Assembly: GCA_050633245.1 (NCBI GenBank)
Contig: JBOEGD010000009.1
Location: 273,839 to 337,838, forward strand
DNA: 64,000 bases
Direction of reading: 5' to 3'
DNA from: Calditrichia bacterium
GTDB lineage: Bacteria > Calditrichota > Calditrichia > RBG-13-44-9 > J075
Below the pieces are notes generated by a model. The model was given only the letters and a program-made list of their open reading frames with translations. It made no database searches and was not told the origin of the DNA. Within the stretch, counting starts at the first letter, position 1; each line of letters starts with the position of its first letter. Made by a program: the position numbers and the translations under genes. Shown in pieces: positions 53,655-63,870 of the stretch.

Positions 53655-56630
53655 ATGCTCCAGTGGTTCCGCAAACAAGCCATGGATTCTAGCGCCAATC
53701 CCACTAATGGTGATTTACACGTCGCGTTAACCCGTAAGCTCATTGATTTCCTATCCGGTCAGATATCTCAACCTAAAAAAGCACCTGCTGTTTTGGCCCT
53801 CATAGACCGGTTCAAGAAATTTCCCCCAACATATCAGGAAAAAGAGCTTCCAGGCCTTTACCTCAAAATTGAGAACTATCTCGTTAAGGAAGATGGTGCG
53901 CAGAAGTTTTCGCGCGTTCAACTTCGCAAAACGATTCGATATCGCTATGAACCGCTCATGGAGATGCAGAACTTTAGTCTCATCTTCGAGCCGGATACCA
54001 CCCAAGAATTCCTGCTTAGCCAGTTTTTCTTTAAAAACCTGGTATTACGTGCCAATAACCTTACTGGCACGCTTGAAGAAGCAAAGATAAGACAGCTAAC
54101 AGAGTGGATTTATCGCATTCCGAATGTTGGTGATCTTGAGTCTCCTCTGGATATGATAAAATCTACGCCAAAGGATCTCGCCGATTGGTTGCCAATCCTT
54201 AATGACTTTTCCTATCGCTTCTACGCTTTCCTGTCTGAAAATCTTGGTGAGCAGCAGGCTGTTGCCCTATACGACAAAGGGTATAAAGATCTCGCCGAAG
54301 TTTATATTTTGTTGGATACATTTTCTGCAGTGGTCAATTTGATGCCGGAAGATATGATTGACGAAGCCAAAACCAGCATGCTCAGCAAACCGCAAATGCA
54401 GCGCGTCTTTCTGGGAAAAATGCGCAACTTCCGTCAAATGAGTCAGCAGATTGAAGAAAACAGCAGGGAGCATATTCAGGTAGAACCACCACCGATGCAA
54501 CTGGACGACAGCAAGCAGATTGTGGACACCAAAGATCTGATTGAGCGTGAAAACGCCCTGCGTGAAGCACACGAAGAGCTGACGATCGCTCAGAGCACGG
54601 CAATGGAATCGGTTAAGCTGTTCCACGGCGTTCTCAATACGATAAAAGAAGGTATTATTACGTCGGATGAGTCCGGCGTAATTATTTCTGCGAATGTTGC
54701 AATCAAAACGATCTTCGGCTATGATGAAGAAGAACTCGTCGGTAAAGACATCAAGATTCTGATGCCCGAAAAATATCGTGAGCAGCATCAGAAAGGCATG
54801 GAACGCTATATGAAGACGCGCGAATCCCGTGCGTTGAACCAACGCTTGATGATGGAAGGTTTGCGCAAAGACAAGTCTGTCTTCCCTCTTGAGATTTATC
54901 TTACCGAGACGAAAGTTTCCGATCAGATATTTTTTACTGCTGCCATGCGCGACAGAACAGCTGAGGTTCGTCAAGAACAAACGCAGAAAAAGACATCTGA
55001 AGATTTACGAGGTGCCGAACTTCGTTATCGCAACCTGTTGGAAAACATGAATGACATTGTTTTCAACCTTTCCCTCGACGGAAACTTCGTTTCGCTAAAT
55101 CCTGCTTTTGCACGAATCACCGGTTTCGAAGGAGCGGATTGGCACGGTAAGCCGTTCACCCAAATGATGCATCAGGATGATGCCATGGAGGCTCTAAAGG
55201 CATTTCAAAAGGTATTGCAGGGTGAGTCTACACGCGGAATGGAGCTGCGCATCGGAACGAAAGCCGGAGGCTATATTCTGGGTGAATTCAGTATCGCACC
55301 GCAGTCACAAAACGGTAAGCTGATTGGTGTAACAGGTGTTGCGCGCGACATTACCAACCAAGAAGAATCTACTGAGCTTCTGAAAGCCTCTGAAGAACGC
55401 TTTCGCAAAATGGTCGAATTTAATCCCGATACCATTGGTATTCACTCCAACGGCAAAATTGTGTTTATTAACAAAGCCGGAATGCAGCTTATGGGAGCAA
55501 ATTCAAGCAACGAGATTTTAAATCAGCCAATTACTAAATTTCTGAACTCAGGATATCTCGAACGCGCCGAGGAAACGGTTGCAAAAGTGCTTCGGACAGG
55601 CGATATCGCACCGATAAACTCCGAGACGCTAAAACGTCTGGATGGTGTTGAAGTAGGCATTGCAGCCAGCGCGATTCCGGTCATTTTCCAAAACAAGCAG
55701 TCTATTCAATTCGTTTTCCGCGAGCAGAAACAGATTGAAGTTCCGGTGCCCGTTCCTTCCGACCCGGCTGGTGGCGGCGAAGCCGATGATCGAGCCGAGT
55801 TTGGCAATCTTTTTCACATCTCGCCGGACGCCATTTTTATTCAGGAGCTGGATGGAACAATTCTTGACGTGAATCCTGCTGCGGCAACAATGCAAGGGCT
55901 CGACCGTGGTTCACTAATCGGCAAGAAAATTGTGCAGATCATGCCGGATGACAAACAGGCTGACGCTTCAGACAATATCAAGAAGCTGCTCCGCGGAAGT
56001 ATCGAGAGTTTTGACAGCGCCATTGTGAGAATCGACCGGCAGGAAGTACCGGTTACCATTCGCGCGAGACAAATCTTCTACATGGACAATCCGGCGGTGC
56101 TGGTAATGATGCGCGATGACAGTCCGTCTCAAATGCAGGTTGCCAAACGTCTTGAACTTGAGCAGAAAGTAGTTCAGGCAGAAAAGCAAAGTGCTGATCA
56201 GGAAAAACAGATTATTCTGCTCGAAGAGCACCAAAAAAGCAAAAAAGAAGAGGTCGAAAAGTTGCATTCCGAGCTCTCTTCTGCTAAAGATCAACTCACC
56301 GAACTACAGTCCAAGCTGTCGGACTCCGAAACAACGCTTCTGACGTCTGTTAAGTCTCAGAAAAAACTAGAGGCTGAATATAAGCGCCTCAAGGAAGAGA
56401 ATAAAAATTCTTCAACAGAACGACAGGCCATGCTGTCGCGTTTACAGCAGGCCGAGCGCGATGTTAAAAAAGCTCAGGGTGAAATGCCACTTCTCGAAGA
56501 CAAGTTGAAATTGGCAGAGCATCAGATCAAAAAGCTTGAGGCCGACCTCGTATCGAAAGAAGAAGAGAACCAAACGGTACGCACAAAACTCCGCAAGCTT
56601 GGTGAACTGATTATGAACGAGAATTCGTAG
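53655..56630 (+). CDS. Multi-PAS sensor protein (4 PAS) with a C-terminal coiled coil and no recognisable output domain
   Basis: PAS motifs FGYDEEELVGKDIKILMPE, LNPAF..ITG, FINKAG, VNPAA; ends in about 160 aa of heptad-rich sequence. Confidence 0.82.
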   Translation: MLQWFRKQAMDSSANPTNGDLHVALTRKLIDFLSGQISQPKKAPAVLALIDRFKKFPPTYQEKELPGLYLKIENYLVKEDGAQKFSRVQLRKTIRYRYEPLMEMQNFSLIFEPDTTQEFLLSQFFFKNLVLRANNLTGTLEEAKIRQLTEWIYRIPNVGDLESPLDMIKSTPKDLADWLPILNDFSYRFYAFLSENLGEQQAVALYDKGYKDLAEVYILLDTFSAVVNLMPEDMIDEAKTSMLSKPQMQRVFLGKMRNFRQMSQQIEENSREHIQVEPPPMQLDDSKQIVDTKDLIERENALREAHEELTIAQSTAMESVKLFHGVLNTIKEGIITSDESGVIISANVAIKTIFGYDEEELVGKDIKILMPEKYREQHQKGMERYMKTRESRALNQRLMMEGLRKDKSVFPLEIYLTETKVSDQIFFTAAMRDRTAEVRQEQTQKKTSEDLRGAELRYRNLLENMNDIVFNLSLDGNFVSLNPAFARITGFEGADWHGKPFTQMMHQDDAMEALKAFQKVLQGESTRGMELRIGTKAGGYILGEFSIAPQSQNGKLIGVTGVARDITNQEESTELLKASEERFRKMVEFNPDTIGIHSNGKIVFINKAGMQLMGANSSNEILNQPITKFLNSGYLERAEETVAKVLRTGDIAPINSETLKRLDGVEVGIAASAIPVIFQNKQSIQFVFREQKQIEVPVPVPSDPAGGGEADDRAEFGNLFHISPDAIFIQELDGTILDVNPAAATMQGLDRGSLIGKKIVQIMPDDKQADASDNIKKLLRGSIESFDSAIVRIDRQEVPVTIRARQIFYMDNPAVLVMMRDDSPSQMQVAKRLELEQKVVQAEKQSADQEKQIILLEEHQKSKKEEVEKLHSELSSAKDQLTELQSKLSDSETTLLTSVKSQKKLEAEYKRLKEENKNSSTERQAMLSRLQQAERDVKKAQGEMPLLEDKLKLAEHQIKKLEADLVSKEEENQTVRTKLRKLGELIMNENS

Positions 56631-56755
56631 TCCCCCGCTTTTCCCATTGGTTTGCAAAGCAAACCTTCGTAATTTCTTCTCACAAAAGCCGGAACACGTG
56701 TCCGGTTTATATTATTCTGCGTAGAACGAATCCACCTTTAGCGCGTTAGCCTATT

Positions 56756-57682
56756 ATGACTTCCTTGAGAACCATCATCTGGACGCTGATTCTATCTACC
56801 GTGACATTTGCCGGTGATAAACAGTTCAAGCTTATCTATGATAGCGATTTTGAAGCGCGCATTGCCTCTCAAATTGAAATTCAGGATGGAGGAGCAATGG
56901 ACATCGATGTTCGCGGCACGCTATATATTGTGGATAGCGGACGACATCAGCTACTACAGCTTGGCCCCGATGCCAAAGAAGTCATCGCAGTTGGGGGGTT
57001 TGGACAATCGCAGGAGGAGTTCGATAATCCACGCGACGTCGCAACAACCACCCTGGATGTATTTATTGCCGACTACAATAACAATCGAATCTCTCGTTTT
57101 GACAAAAATCTGAATGCGCTATCGGAATTGCGTTCCAATCAAGCTCCGCCATTCGACTTCGAACGCGTGTTGAGTCTTGCCGTTTCTTCTCAACTCGATC
57201 TGTTTATTTTGGAAGACGGCAGCAAAAAAATTGTCAAGTTTGACCGTTTCTCTTCGCCTTCAGTCACTTTCGGGGGCATTTACGAAACCTATGGTCAGCT
57301 CTTAGACCCGAGACAATTAGAGCTCGACAATAAATCCCGCCTCTTCGTTACCGACCCTGCGCAATCTGCAGTAATCGTTTTCGACTATCTCGGAAATTAT
57401 CTTAAGACCATAGAACACCCCTTATTCAAGCAACCGACAGCATTGCACTGGGGTATGGAAAAAAGGCTTTTCGTCGTCGATAGTGAGTCGGCTAACATCT
57501 TTTTATTTGATGAACGCCTTAGTTTTATGCAGACGTTTACAGTTTCGGCAACCGACCAGTCGCTGGTCGATGTTGCCAGCTGGCGTGATCCGTCAACTGA
57601 TACTCTACATCTATTTGTGTTGATGAGCGAAAGTTGCCGCCGCTATGAACTTGTATCAGGCGGCGCAAAAAAGACCCCCTGA
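56756..57682 (+). CDS. Exported NHL-repeat beta-propeller protein
   Basis: GGFG...FDNPRDVA, FIADYNNNRI, LLDPRQL, FKQPTAL. Confidence 0.85.
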   Translation: MTSLRTIIWTLILSTVTFAGDKQFKLIYDSDFEARIASQIEIQDGGAMDIDVRGTLYIVDSGRHQLLQLGPDAKEVIAVGGFGQSQEEFDNPRDVATTTLDVFIADYNNNRISRFDKNLNALSELRSNQAPPFDFERVLSLAVSSQLDLFILEDGSKKIVKFDRFSSPSVTFGGIYETYGQLLDPRQLELDNKSRLFVTDPAQSAVIVFDYLGNYLKTIEHPLFKQPTALHWGMEKRLFVVDSESANIFLFDERLSFMQTFTVSATDQSLVDVASWRDPSTDTLHLFVLMSESCRRYELVSGGAKKTP

Positions 57683-57715
57683 TTTTCTTATTTTACACCG
57701 ATTAGGAGACCCCAT

Positions 57716-59059
57716 ATGTATGCATATCTATTCCCTAAGGCAATTGCTTTTCTCGTTAGCATTATCCTCACCACATCCATGCTTTCTGCACAAGCTCCCA
57801 GTTTAACTTTAATGGATGAATTAAATGTGCCCGGTACGTTTAAAACGGACGTTTGGGGATACGTCGATCCCGGTAATGGAAAAGAATACGCTATTGTGGG
57901 TGACCAGTCTGGTGCGGGCATTACCATTGTCGACGCCTCCGATCCGAGCAATCTGGTTCAAGTTGCCAATGTCTCCACCGTTCCGGGTTTCGATCTTAAG
58001 GTACATCAAAACTATGTGTATACCGTAAACGGGGGCAATAACGGCCAGGGTGGCATCGTCGACATAAGTGATCCTACCAATCCACAGGTCGTTGGTGGAT
58101 TTCCCTCAGCGCACAATATCTGGATTGAGGACGGCCATCTCTATGCCGAGTTCGACGGGCTTAAAATCTACTCGCTCAGCGATCCTTTGAACCCGGCGCT
58201 CCTTTATTCGAGCGGCGGAAACGATGGTCACGACGCGATAGTTCGCGGCGATCGTCTCTACGATTTTCACGGATATAGTAATACCCGAATCTTTGACGTC
58301 TCCACGCCGGGAACGCCGCAGCTTCTCGGAACAATTGACGATCCGACAATCGCATATAATCACAGTGGTGACGTAACAGCCGATGGCCGCTATCTATTCA
58401 TTTGCGACGAGTTGGCAAATGCTCCTTCGGCGGATATTACCGTTTGGGATATTCAGGATCTCTCCAACCCGATTCGCGTCGAGGAGTTTGCTGATAATGA
58501 TGCCATCGTGCACAATATTTATGTGAAGGGAGATTATGCCTTCGTTTCTTACTACACTGCCGGACTACGCGTTTTTGACATTTCTGATCCTACAAATATT
58601 AGCATAGTTGATGAGTACGATACCAATAGTGCAACGGGCGAGATATTCGCCGGAGCGTTTGGAACCTATATCGAGGCTCCCAGCGGCATGATTTACGTCA
58701 GTGATTGGGACAATGGCCTTTTCGTATTCAAATTCGAGGCTCCCTTAACAGGAATTGATCCGTTAGATGAGAAACCGCTGATGGATTTCGAACTCCTCTC
58801 GAACTATCCTAATCCATTCAATCCGTCCACTACTGTTCGCTATCGCCTGAATCGTGCCGCGGAGGTAGACCTTACAATTTATAATGCACTCGGTCAGCCG
58901 ATAAACAATTTGGTGAATACGGAACAGATTAGTGGTGATTACAGTATCAATTGGAATGGGACGGACGCAAAGGGTAATCCGGTAACGGCCGGCATCTACC
59001 TTGCGCGCTTAACGACCAACCAAATGGTACAAACAATAAAACTCGCACTTATTGAATAA
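57716..59059 (+). CDS. Choice-of-anchor B / LVIVD-repeat protein with T9SS-type C-terminal domain
   Basis: DVWGYVDP..KEYA, SAHNI, GHD, YNHSG, CDE, VHN, SYY.AGLR, GAFG; NYPNPFNP C-terminal domain. Confidence 0.85.
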   Translation: MYAYLFPKAIAFLVSIILTTSMLSAQAPSLTLMDELNVPGTFKTDVWGYVDPGNGKEYAIVGDQSGAGITIVDASDPSNLVQVANVSTVPGFDLKVHQNYVYTVNGGNNGQGGIVDISDPTNPQVVGGFPSAHNIWIEDGHLYAEFDGLKIYSLSDPLNPALLYSSGGNDGHDAIVRGDRLYDFHGYSNTRIFDVSTPGTPQLLGTIDDPTIAYNHSGDVTADGRYLFICDELANAPSADITVWDIQDLSNPIRVEEFADNDAIVHNIYVKGDYAFVSYYTAGLRVFDISDPTNISIVDEYDTNSATGEIFAGAFGTYIEAPSGMIYVSDWDNGLFVFKFEAPLTGIDPLDEKPLMDFELLSNYPNPFNPSTTVRYRLNRAAEVDLTIYNALGQPINNLVNTEQISGDYSINWNGTDAKGNPVTAGIYLARLTTNQMVQTIKLALIE

Positions 59060-59078
59060 ATAAGGGACTTGAGGGGAC

Positions 59079-60137
59079 ATGGTTTTTATGATTCGACAGT
59101 TGTTGTTGCTATTTTTGCTAATCCTGCTGAGTTCATGTTCTGAAGATTCAATGGAGCCTGAAGAAGATCCTAATCCACTCCAGCTCCTTTCACAAATAAC
59201 CGTTCCGGGGCGTCAATTCTCAGATGTTTGGGGCTATGTCGATCCCGGAACTGGTAAGGAATATGCACTGTTGGGTCATTTTGGCCCAAACCCCAGCGGA
59301 ATAAGTATCTTCGATGTCAGCGATCCTGAAACACCGGTGCAGGTTGCCCAGATGAACGACGTGCCGGGCTTCGATCTAAAAGCCTGGCAAAATTATATGT
59401 ATAGCGTTACCGGTGGATCCAGCGGCAACGGAACAATCACCGACATCAGTGATCCTTCTGCCCCGATCGTTGTCGGAACTTTTCCAAGTTCTCACAACTT
59501 AACTATAAGTGAAAATGGATTAATGGTCACTGAGTCACCGGGTATTCGGATATATGATCTAACTGCGGATCCAACTGCCCCCCGGTTGCTTTGGCAAGGA
59601 GGAAGACCTGATCAAGGTCATGATGCAAACATTGTCGGCAATCGATTATTCGACTTTCATGGACGTAGTAATACCCAAATCTATAATATATCTTCTCCGG
59701 CAGAACCCATTCTGGAAGGAGTTATTGCAGATCCAACCATTGAATACCATCATTCCGGATACCCCACTGAAGACGGTAATTATTTATTTTTATGTGATGA
59801 ACTTGCTCCGGCCGCACTACCGGACATCACTGTTTGGGACATATCTGATCTCTCCAACCCAACAAGGGTAGCTGAGTACCGCGACGCCAACGCAATTGTG
59901 CACAATATTTATATCATTGGTGATCTTGCCTATGTCTCCTATTATGCTGCCGGACTGCGCATCTTCGATGTCAGTGACCCAACCGATTTTAAGCTTATCG
60001 CAGAGTATGACACCTCAGATCAGTTTGCCTCGCAGGGATTTAACGGCGCATTCGGCATTTATCCCTATAGCCCTTCCGGCGTACTTTACGTAAGTGATAT
60101 TGAAAACGGACTGTTCCTGTTTCGCTATAATCCCTGA
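59079..60137 (+). CDS. Choice-of-anchor B / LVIVD-repeat lipoprotein, paralogue of the upstream gene
   Basis: Lipobox LSSC; same motifs as the upstream gene; no C-terminal sorting domain. Confidence 0.85.
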   Translation: MVFMIRQLLLLFLLILLSSCSEDSMEPEEDPNPLQLLSQITVPGRQFSDVWGYVDPGTGKEYALLGHFGPNPSGISIFDVSDPETPVQVAQMNDVPGFDLKAWQNYMYSVTGGSSGNGTITDISDPSAPIVVGTFPSSHNLTISENGLMVTESPGIRIYDLTADPTAPRLLWQGGRPDQGHDANIVGNRLFDFHGRSNTQIYNISSPAEPILEGVIADPTIEYHHSGYPTEDGNYLFLCDELAPAALPDITVWDISDLSNPTRVAEYRDANAIVHNIYIIGDLAYVSYYAAGLRIFDVSDPTDFKLIAEYDTSDQFASQGFNGAFGIYPYSPSGVLYVSDIENGLFLFRYNP

Positions 60138-60147
60138 TAGTCTTTTT

Positions 60148-60181
60148 GCCGCGTTCGCCCTGAAACGCGGCTTTCTTTTTT
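60148..60181 (+). terminator. Intrinsic terminator
   Basis: GCCGCGTT-N8-AACGCGGC followed by TTTCTTTTTT. Confidence 0.75.
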
Positions 60182-60297
60182 CCCGAAACTAATCCCTTTA
60201 GTATTTGTAGAATCTAGAGTTATTTCCTAATTTTTCACGATACACGGAGACTGATTGATTTAGCGATACCCTGTTGAACTGACACAAAGCAATACGC

Positions 60298-63200
60298 GTG
60301 AATGGTGCGACCCTTAAATTCTGCCTGTTTCTTACGGTGCTACTCGCATTCGGAGGAACGCCACGTCTCTTTGCTCAGGACAACCCCATTCCCCGCGCAT
60401 TCTTAACCATTGCCCCAGACACACTGAACATAGCAAACCCGTCCGCCGGGGATACTCTTCAGCTGCCACACCGCTTTGTGATTCCGCAAACAGAAAACTT
60501 AAAGCTACGCGCGTTTCGCCTTTCGAAAAACCTTCACTACCGCATTGATTATCGTAGTGGGGAAATTATTCTGCTCGCCAGAATGCCCAAAGCAGATACA
60601 CTTACTATAGTCTACAAACATTATCCTTTTTCCCTGCCGAGCGATGTCTTTAATCGCGAGCTACAGCCGTTGCCCCCCGATAGTTTATCAGATAGCACGG
60701 TGGTAGCAAGTGAAGCGCGATCACGTATTTTAGATGAACTGGATTCTTATCAAAACAATCTTAGCAAATCTGGTAGCATTGTTCGTGGAATAGAAATCGG
60801 CAGCAATCAGGATCTTACACTGAACTCCGGATTGAACCTGCAGCTATCCGGCAACATCACACCTGACGTCGAGCTTATTGCCGCACTTACCGACGAGAGC
60901 ACTCCGATTCAGCCTGAAGGTAATACCCAGACATTGCGCGAAGTAGATAAGGTTTTCGTTAAAATAAAGAGTCCGTTTGTCGGTGGAACGCTCGGCGATT
61001 TTAATCTACAGTATAAACAGTCAGTTTTTGGCAACGTACAGCGAAAGCTACAGGGCGTAACAATTGACAATCAGATCAAGAACTACAACCAGCAGTTTAC
61101 ATTCGGAACCTCTCGCGGCCTGTTCAACTCCAATCGCTTTCTGGCCCAGGAAGGAAATCAGGGGCCATATCAACTCACTGGACGTAATGGAGAGCGGGAT
61201 ATAATTGTGCTTGCCGGAACAGAAAAAGTATTTGTCGATGGCGTGGCTCAGCAGCGCGGTGAAAACAACGACTATATTATTGACTACGGACTGGGGCAAA
61301 TCACGTTCACAAACAAACGACTTGTCACATCTGAAAACCGTGTTGAAGTAGATTTTGAATATACAATTATTACACAGCGCTATGGGCGTAATTTCACTGG
61401 TATCTCATCAAAGGCACAATACCTCAACGGGAAACTCGGCTACGACATCCGCATGTTCCGAGAGTGGGATGATACCAATAATTTGTTGGAAGATGATACC
61501 GAATTAACAAACGAGGAACGCGACGCACTTTCCAATGCCGGGGACAATCCGTTTCGAGCCAGCGTTTCCGGTGTCGATTCCGTAGGGGAAAACCGCGGCA
61601 GCTATAGCAAGTCTATCGATCCGATCACCAATACAACCATTTTCATTTTCGCAGGGCGCGGAAACGGAGATTTTAGCATAGTTTTCACCAACGTTGGCGA
61701 TGGCAACGGATCTTACCGACGTGGCCCCGCACTGGGCGAGTTTATTTATGTTGGCCCCGAACAGGCAGACTACTCCCCCATTCGTCTGGTTCCATTAGCA
61801 GGAGATCGCCGTCTTGCAACACTTGCGGTTCAGGCAAACCCAAATCCGGGCGTCGCACTTGTCGGGGAATTCGCAGTTAGTCAGTCCGACCAGAACGTAT
61901 TTAGCTCAATTGCAGATAGTGATAACGATGGTGGCGCTCTACAACTGACATCGACGCTCCGCGATACAGCATTTGTTATTGGCGGGGCAGATCTTGGCAA
62001 GGTTCAGCTAACCACCCGCTGGACGCGTCAGGATTCTAGTTTTAATCCGCTCGATCGCCCACTGCAGCCGGAATATGCCTATAAGTGGAACTTGAACAGC
62101 GCAAGTTTGAGCAATGAAGAAAGTAGCCTGGAAACCACATTAGCCTATGAGCCGGTTTCGTTTCTTCGTTTACAAGGTTCAATTGGTCTGCTGGATAAAG
62201 CCGCCGCAATTTCCTCTGATCGTCGGGTTGGACAAGTAGAGCTGTTGGAAACGATCAGGCCCGGAGTGAACCTGCTTTATCGCTATGAGACCGTCGGCAG
62301 CGAAACGGCTCTAAATACAACGGATTGGCTAAGACAGAAGTTCAGCGCAAAAAAATCCTACAAGCGCTTCGGCGCACGTCTTGAATTCAACACCGAAGAT
62401 CGCCAGGTTGATGATACCAATACGCTCAGCGGTTTTTCGTTCGATGAGGCCCTAATCGGATTAACTGCAACGAGCATTGCCGGTGTCGATTTGGGGGTAA
62501 GTGCTCAACAACGCAAAGACAAACTTTACAATCCGCTTACGCGCAACGAACAGCTTGATCAGGCTACGACGACGACCTACGAGTTTAATGGTACTCTCGG
62601 CAAAGAGAGCCCGCTTCAAGGTCGTTTTGCATTTGCATTTCGCGATAAAAATTTTACGTCTTTCTTCGAGAACCTGTCTTCAGACAGCCTGGAATTCTAT
62701 CAGGCCGATGCTCAGTTTCAAGATACATCATGGCAAGACAGACAGAGCCATCTTGCCAATATTGAGTTGCAGTATCGCAACAAAGAAAGCAGTCTGACAA
62801 GTCGGCTTGACTATCAGGTTGCCAGTGAGTTGCAGTCTACACGAGAACAAGTTTATGTATTCATTGGCAATAACCTGGGAAATTTTCGATTTGACTCTAC
62901 GCTTACAGAATATGTTCCCGATCCACTGGGAGATTATCTTTTAGTACTGCGACAAACGGGTGAATTCGAGAGCATCATTCGATTGGAGGCTGGTTGGCAG
63001 CTACAATATCGTCCCAAGCCAATCACCACCATTTCAAGCAAACTGCGCAAGACGTTGAATAAGCTATCCGGAAACAGCTACATTAAGGTGGAAGAGCAAA
63101 GCCGCGAAAACGACATTTGGGATATTTATTTGTTGAACTTAAGCAAGTTTCACTCGCCGGCCTCTTCTCTGCGCGGCGTCTATCTTCTGAATCAGGATCT

Positions 63201-63840
63201 GTACTACAACGAGCGGAATCCGGATTGGGGAATTTTACTACGCTCCCGCTATCGCGATAACTTATCGAATCAATTTCTACAAACGAGCAACAATGAGACG
63301 CGTATTATCTGGGAACGACTTGTGCAAATGCGTAAGCGTTTTTTCAAGCGAAAACTAAATATCACGGGCGAATACAAAAACAACTTCAACAAGCGATTTG
63401 TAAGTTCGACCCCTACACGGAATCGCAATATCTTGTCGCAGTCAATTGTCGGACGTTTTAACTTTCGTCCTGTGGTAAGTTGGCAGTTTCAGTTAGACGT
63501 GGAACGCGGTCTGGAACGGGATCGTAATTCGAATAGTTTACTTGAAGTAAACGTTTGGGATATTCGACCACAAATTTCCTGGTCACTACGCGGCAAGGCT
63601 CGTGCAACAGCGAACACCACGCTTATTCAGGTTCAGGAAGTGGCAAATCCATTTGCCCTACCAATCCCCTTTGAGTTGGGTAAAGGTAAGAAAATCGGTA
63701 ACTCGTGGCTGTGGAATCTGCGCTTTGAATACTTTATTAGTGCAAACGTGACGATTAATGCCAATTATACCGGTCGGGACGATGCAGGGGCCTTGCGCAC
63801 CATTCATCTTGGTAAAGCAGAGGTAAGAGCGTTTTTTTAA
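60298..63840 (+). CDS. Large outer-membrane protein of FCB-type lineages (distantly SprA-like N-region, beta-barrel C-region)
   Basis: Signal peptide; KSGSIVRG, PIQPEGNTQ, GNQGPY, E.V.VDG...DYIIDY..GQITF; ends EVRAFF. Confidence 0.75.
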   Translation: MNGATLKFCLFLTVLLAFGGTPRLFAQDNPIPRAFLTIAPDTLNIANPSAGDTLQLPHRFVIPQTENLKLRAFRLSKNLHYRIDYRSGEIILLARMPKADTLTIVYKHYPFSLPSDVFNRELQPLPPDSLSDSTVVASEARSRILDELDSYQNNLSKSGSIVRGIEIGSNQDLTLNSGLNLQLSGNITPDVELIAALTDESTPIQPEGNTQTLREVDKVFVKIKSPFVGGTLGDFNLQYKQSVFGNVQRKLQGVTIDNQIKNYNQQFTFGTSRGLFNSNRFLAQEGNQGPYQLTGRNGERDIIVLAGTEKVFVDGVAQQRGENNDYIIDYGLGQITFTNKRLVTSENRVEVDFEYTIITQRYGRNFTGISSKAQYLNGKLGYDIRMFREWDDTNNLLEDDTELTNEERDALSNAGDNPFRASVSGVDSVGENRGSYSKSIDPITNTTIFIFAGRGNGDFSIVFTNVGDGNGSYRRGPALGEFIYVGPEQADYSPIRLVPLAGDRRLATLAVQANPNPGVALVGEFAVSQSDQNVFSSIADSDNDGGALQLTSTLRDTAFVIGGADLGKVQLTTRWTRQDSSFNPLDRPLQPEYAYKWNLNSASLSNEESSLETTLAYEPVSFLRLQGSIGLLDKAAAISSDRRVGQVELLETIRPGVNLLYRYETVGSETALNTTDWLRQKFSAKKSYKRFGARLEFNTEDRQVDDTNTLSGFSFDEALIGLTATSIAGVDLGVSAQQRKDKLYNPLTRNEQLDQATTTTYEFNGTLGKESPLQGRFAFAFRDKNFTSFFENLSSDSLEFYQADAQFQDTSWQDRQSHLANIELQYRNKESSLTSRLDYQVASELQSTREQVYVFIGNNLGNFRFDSTLTEYVPDPLGDYLLVLRQTGEFESIIRLEAGWQLQYRPKPITTISSKLRKTLNKLSGNSYIKVEEQSRENDIWDIYLLNLSKFHSPASSLRGVYLLNQDLYYNERNPDWGILLRSRYRDNLSNQFLQTSNNETRIIWERLVQMRKRFFKRKLNITGEYKNNFNKRFVSSTPTRNRNILSQSIVGRFNFRPVVSWQFQLDVERGLERDRNSNSLLEVNVWDIRPQISWSLRGKARATANTTLIQVQEVANPFALPIPFELGKGKKIGNSWLWNLRFEYFISANVTINANYTGRDDAGALRTIHLGKAEVRAFF

Positions 63841-63870
63841 TAACGAATCGGCAGTCGGCAGCTTAAACTT

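Noticed and set aside
54267-54980. 237-aa antisense ORF, and the many similar shadow ORFs in the track
   Set aside because: They lie opposite well-supported genes and reflect codon bias.
56649-56706. GCAAACC hairpin resembling a c-di-GMP-I riboswitch
   Set aside because: Lacks the GAAA tetraloop stem and the GG..CGCAAAG core; more likely simple terminator-type hairpins.
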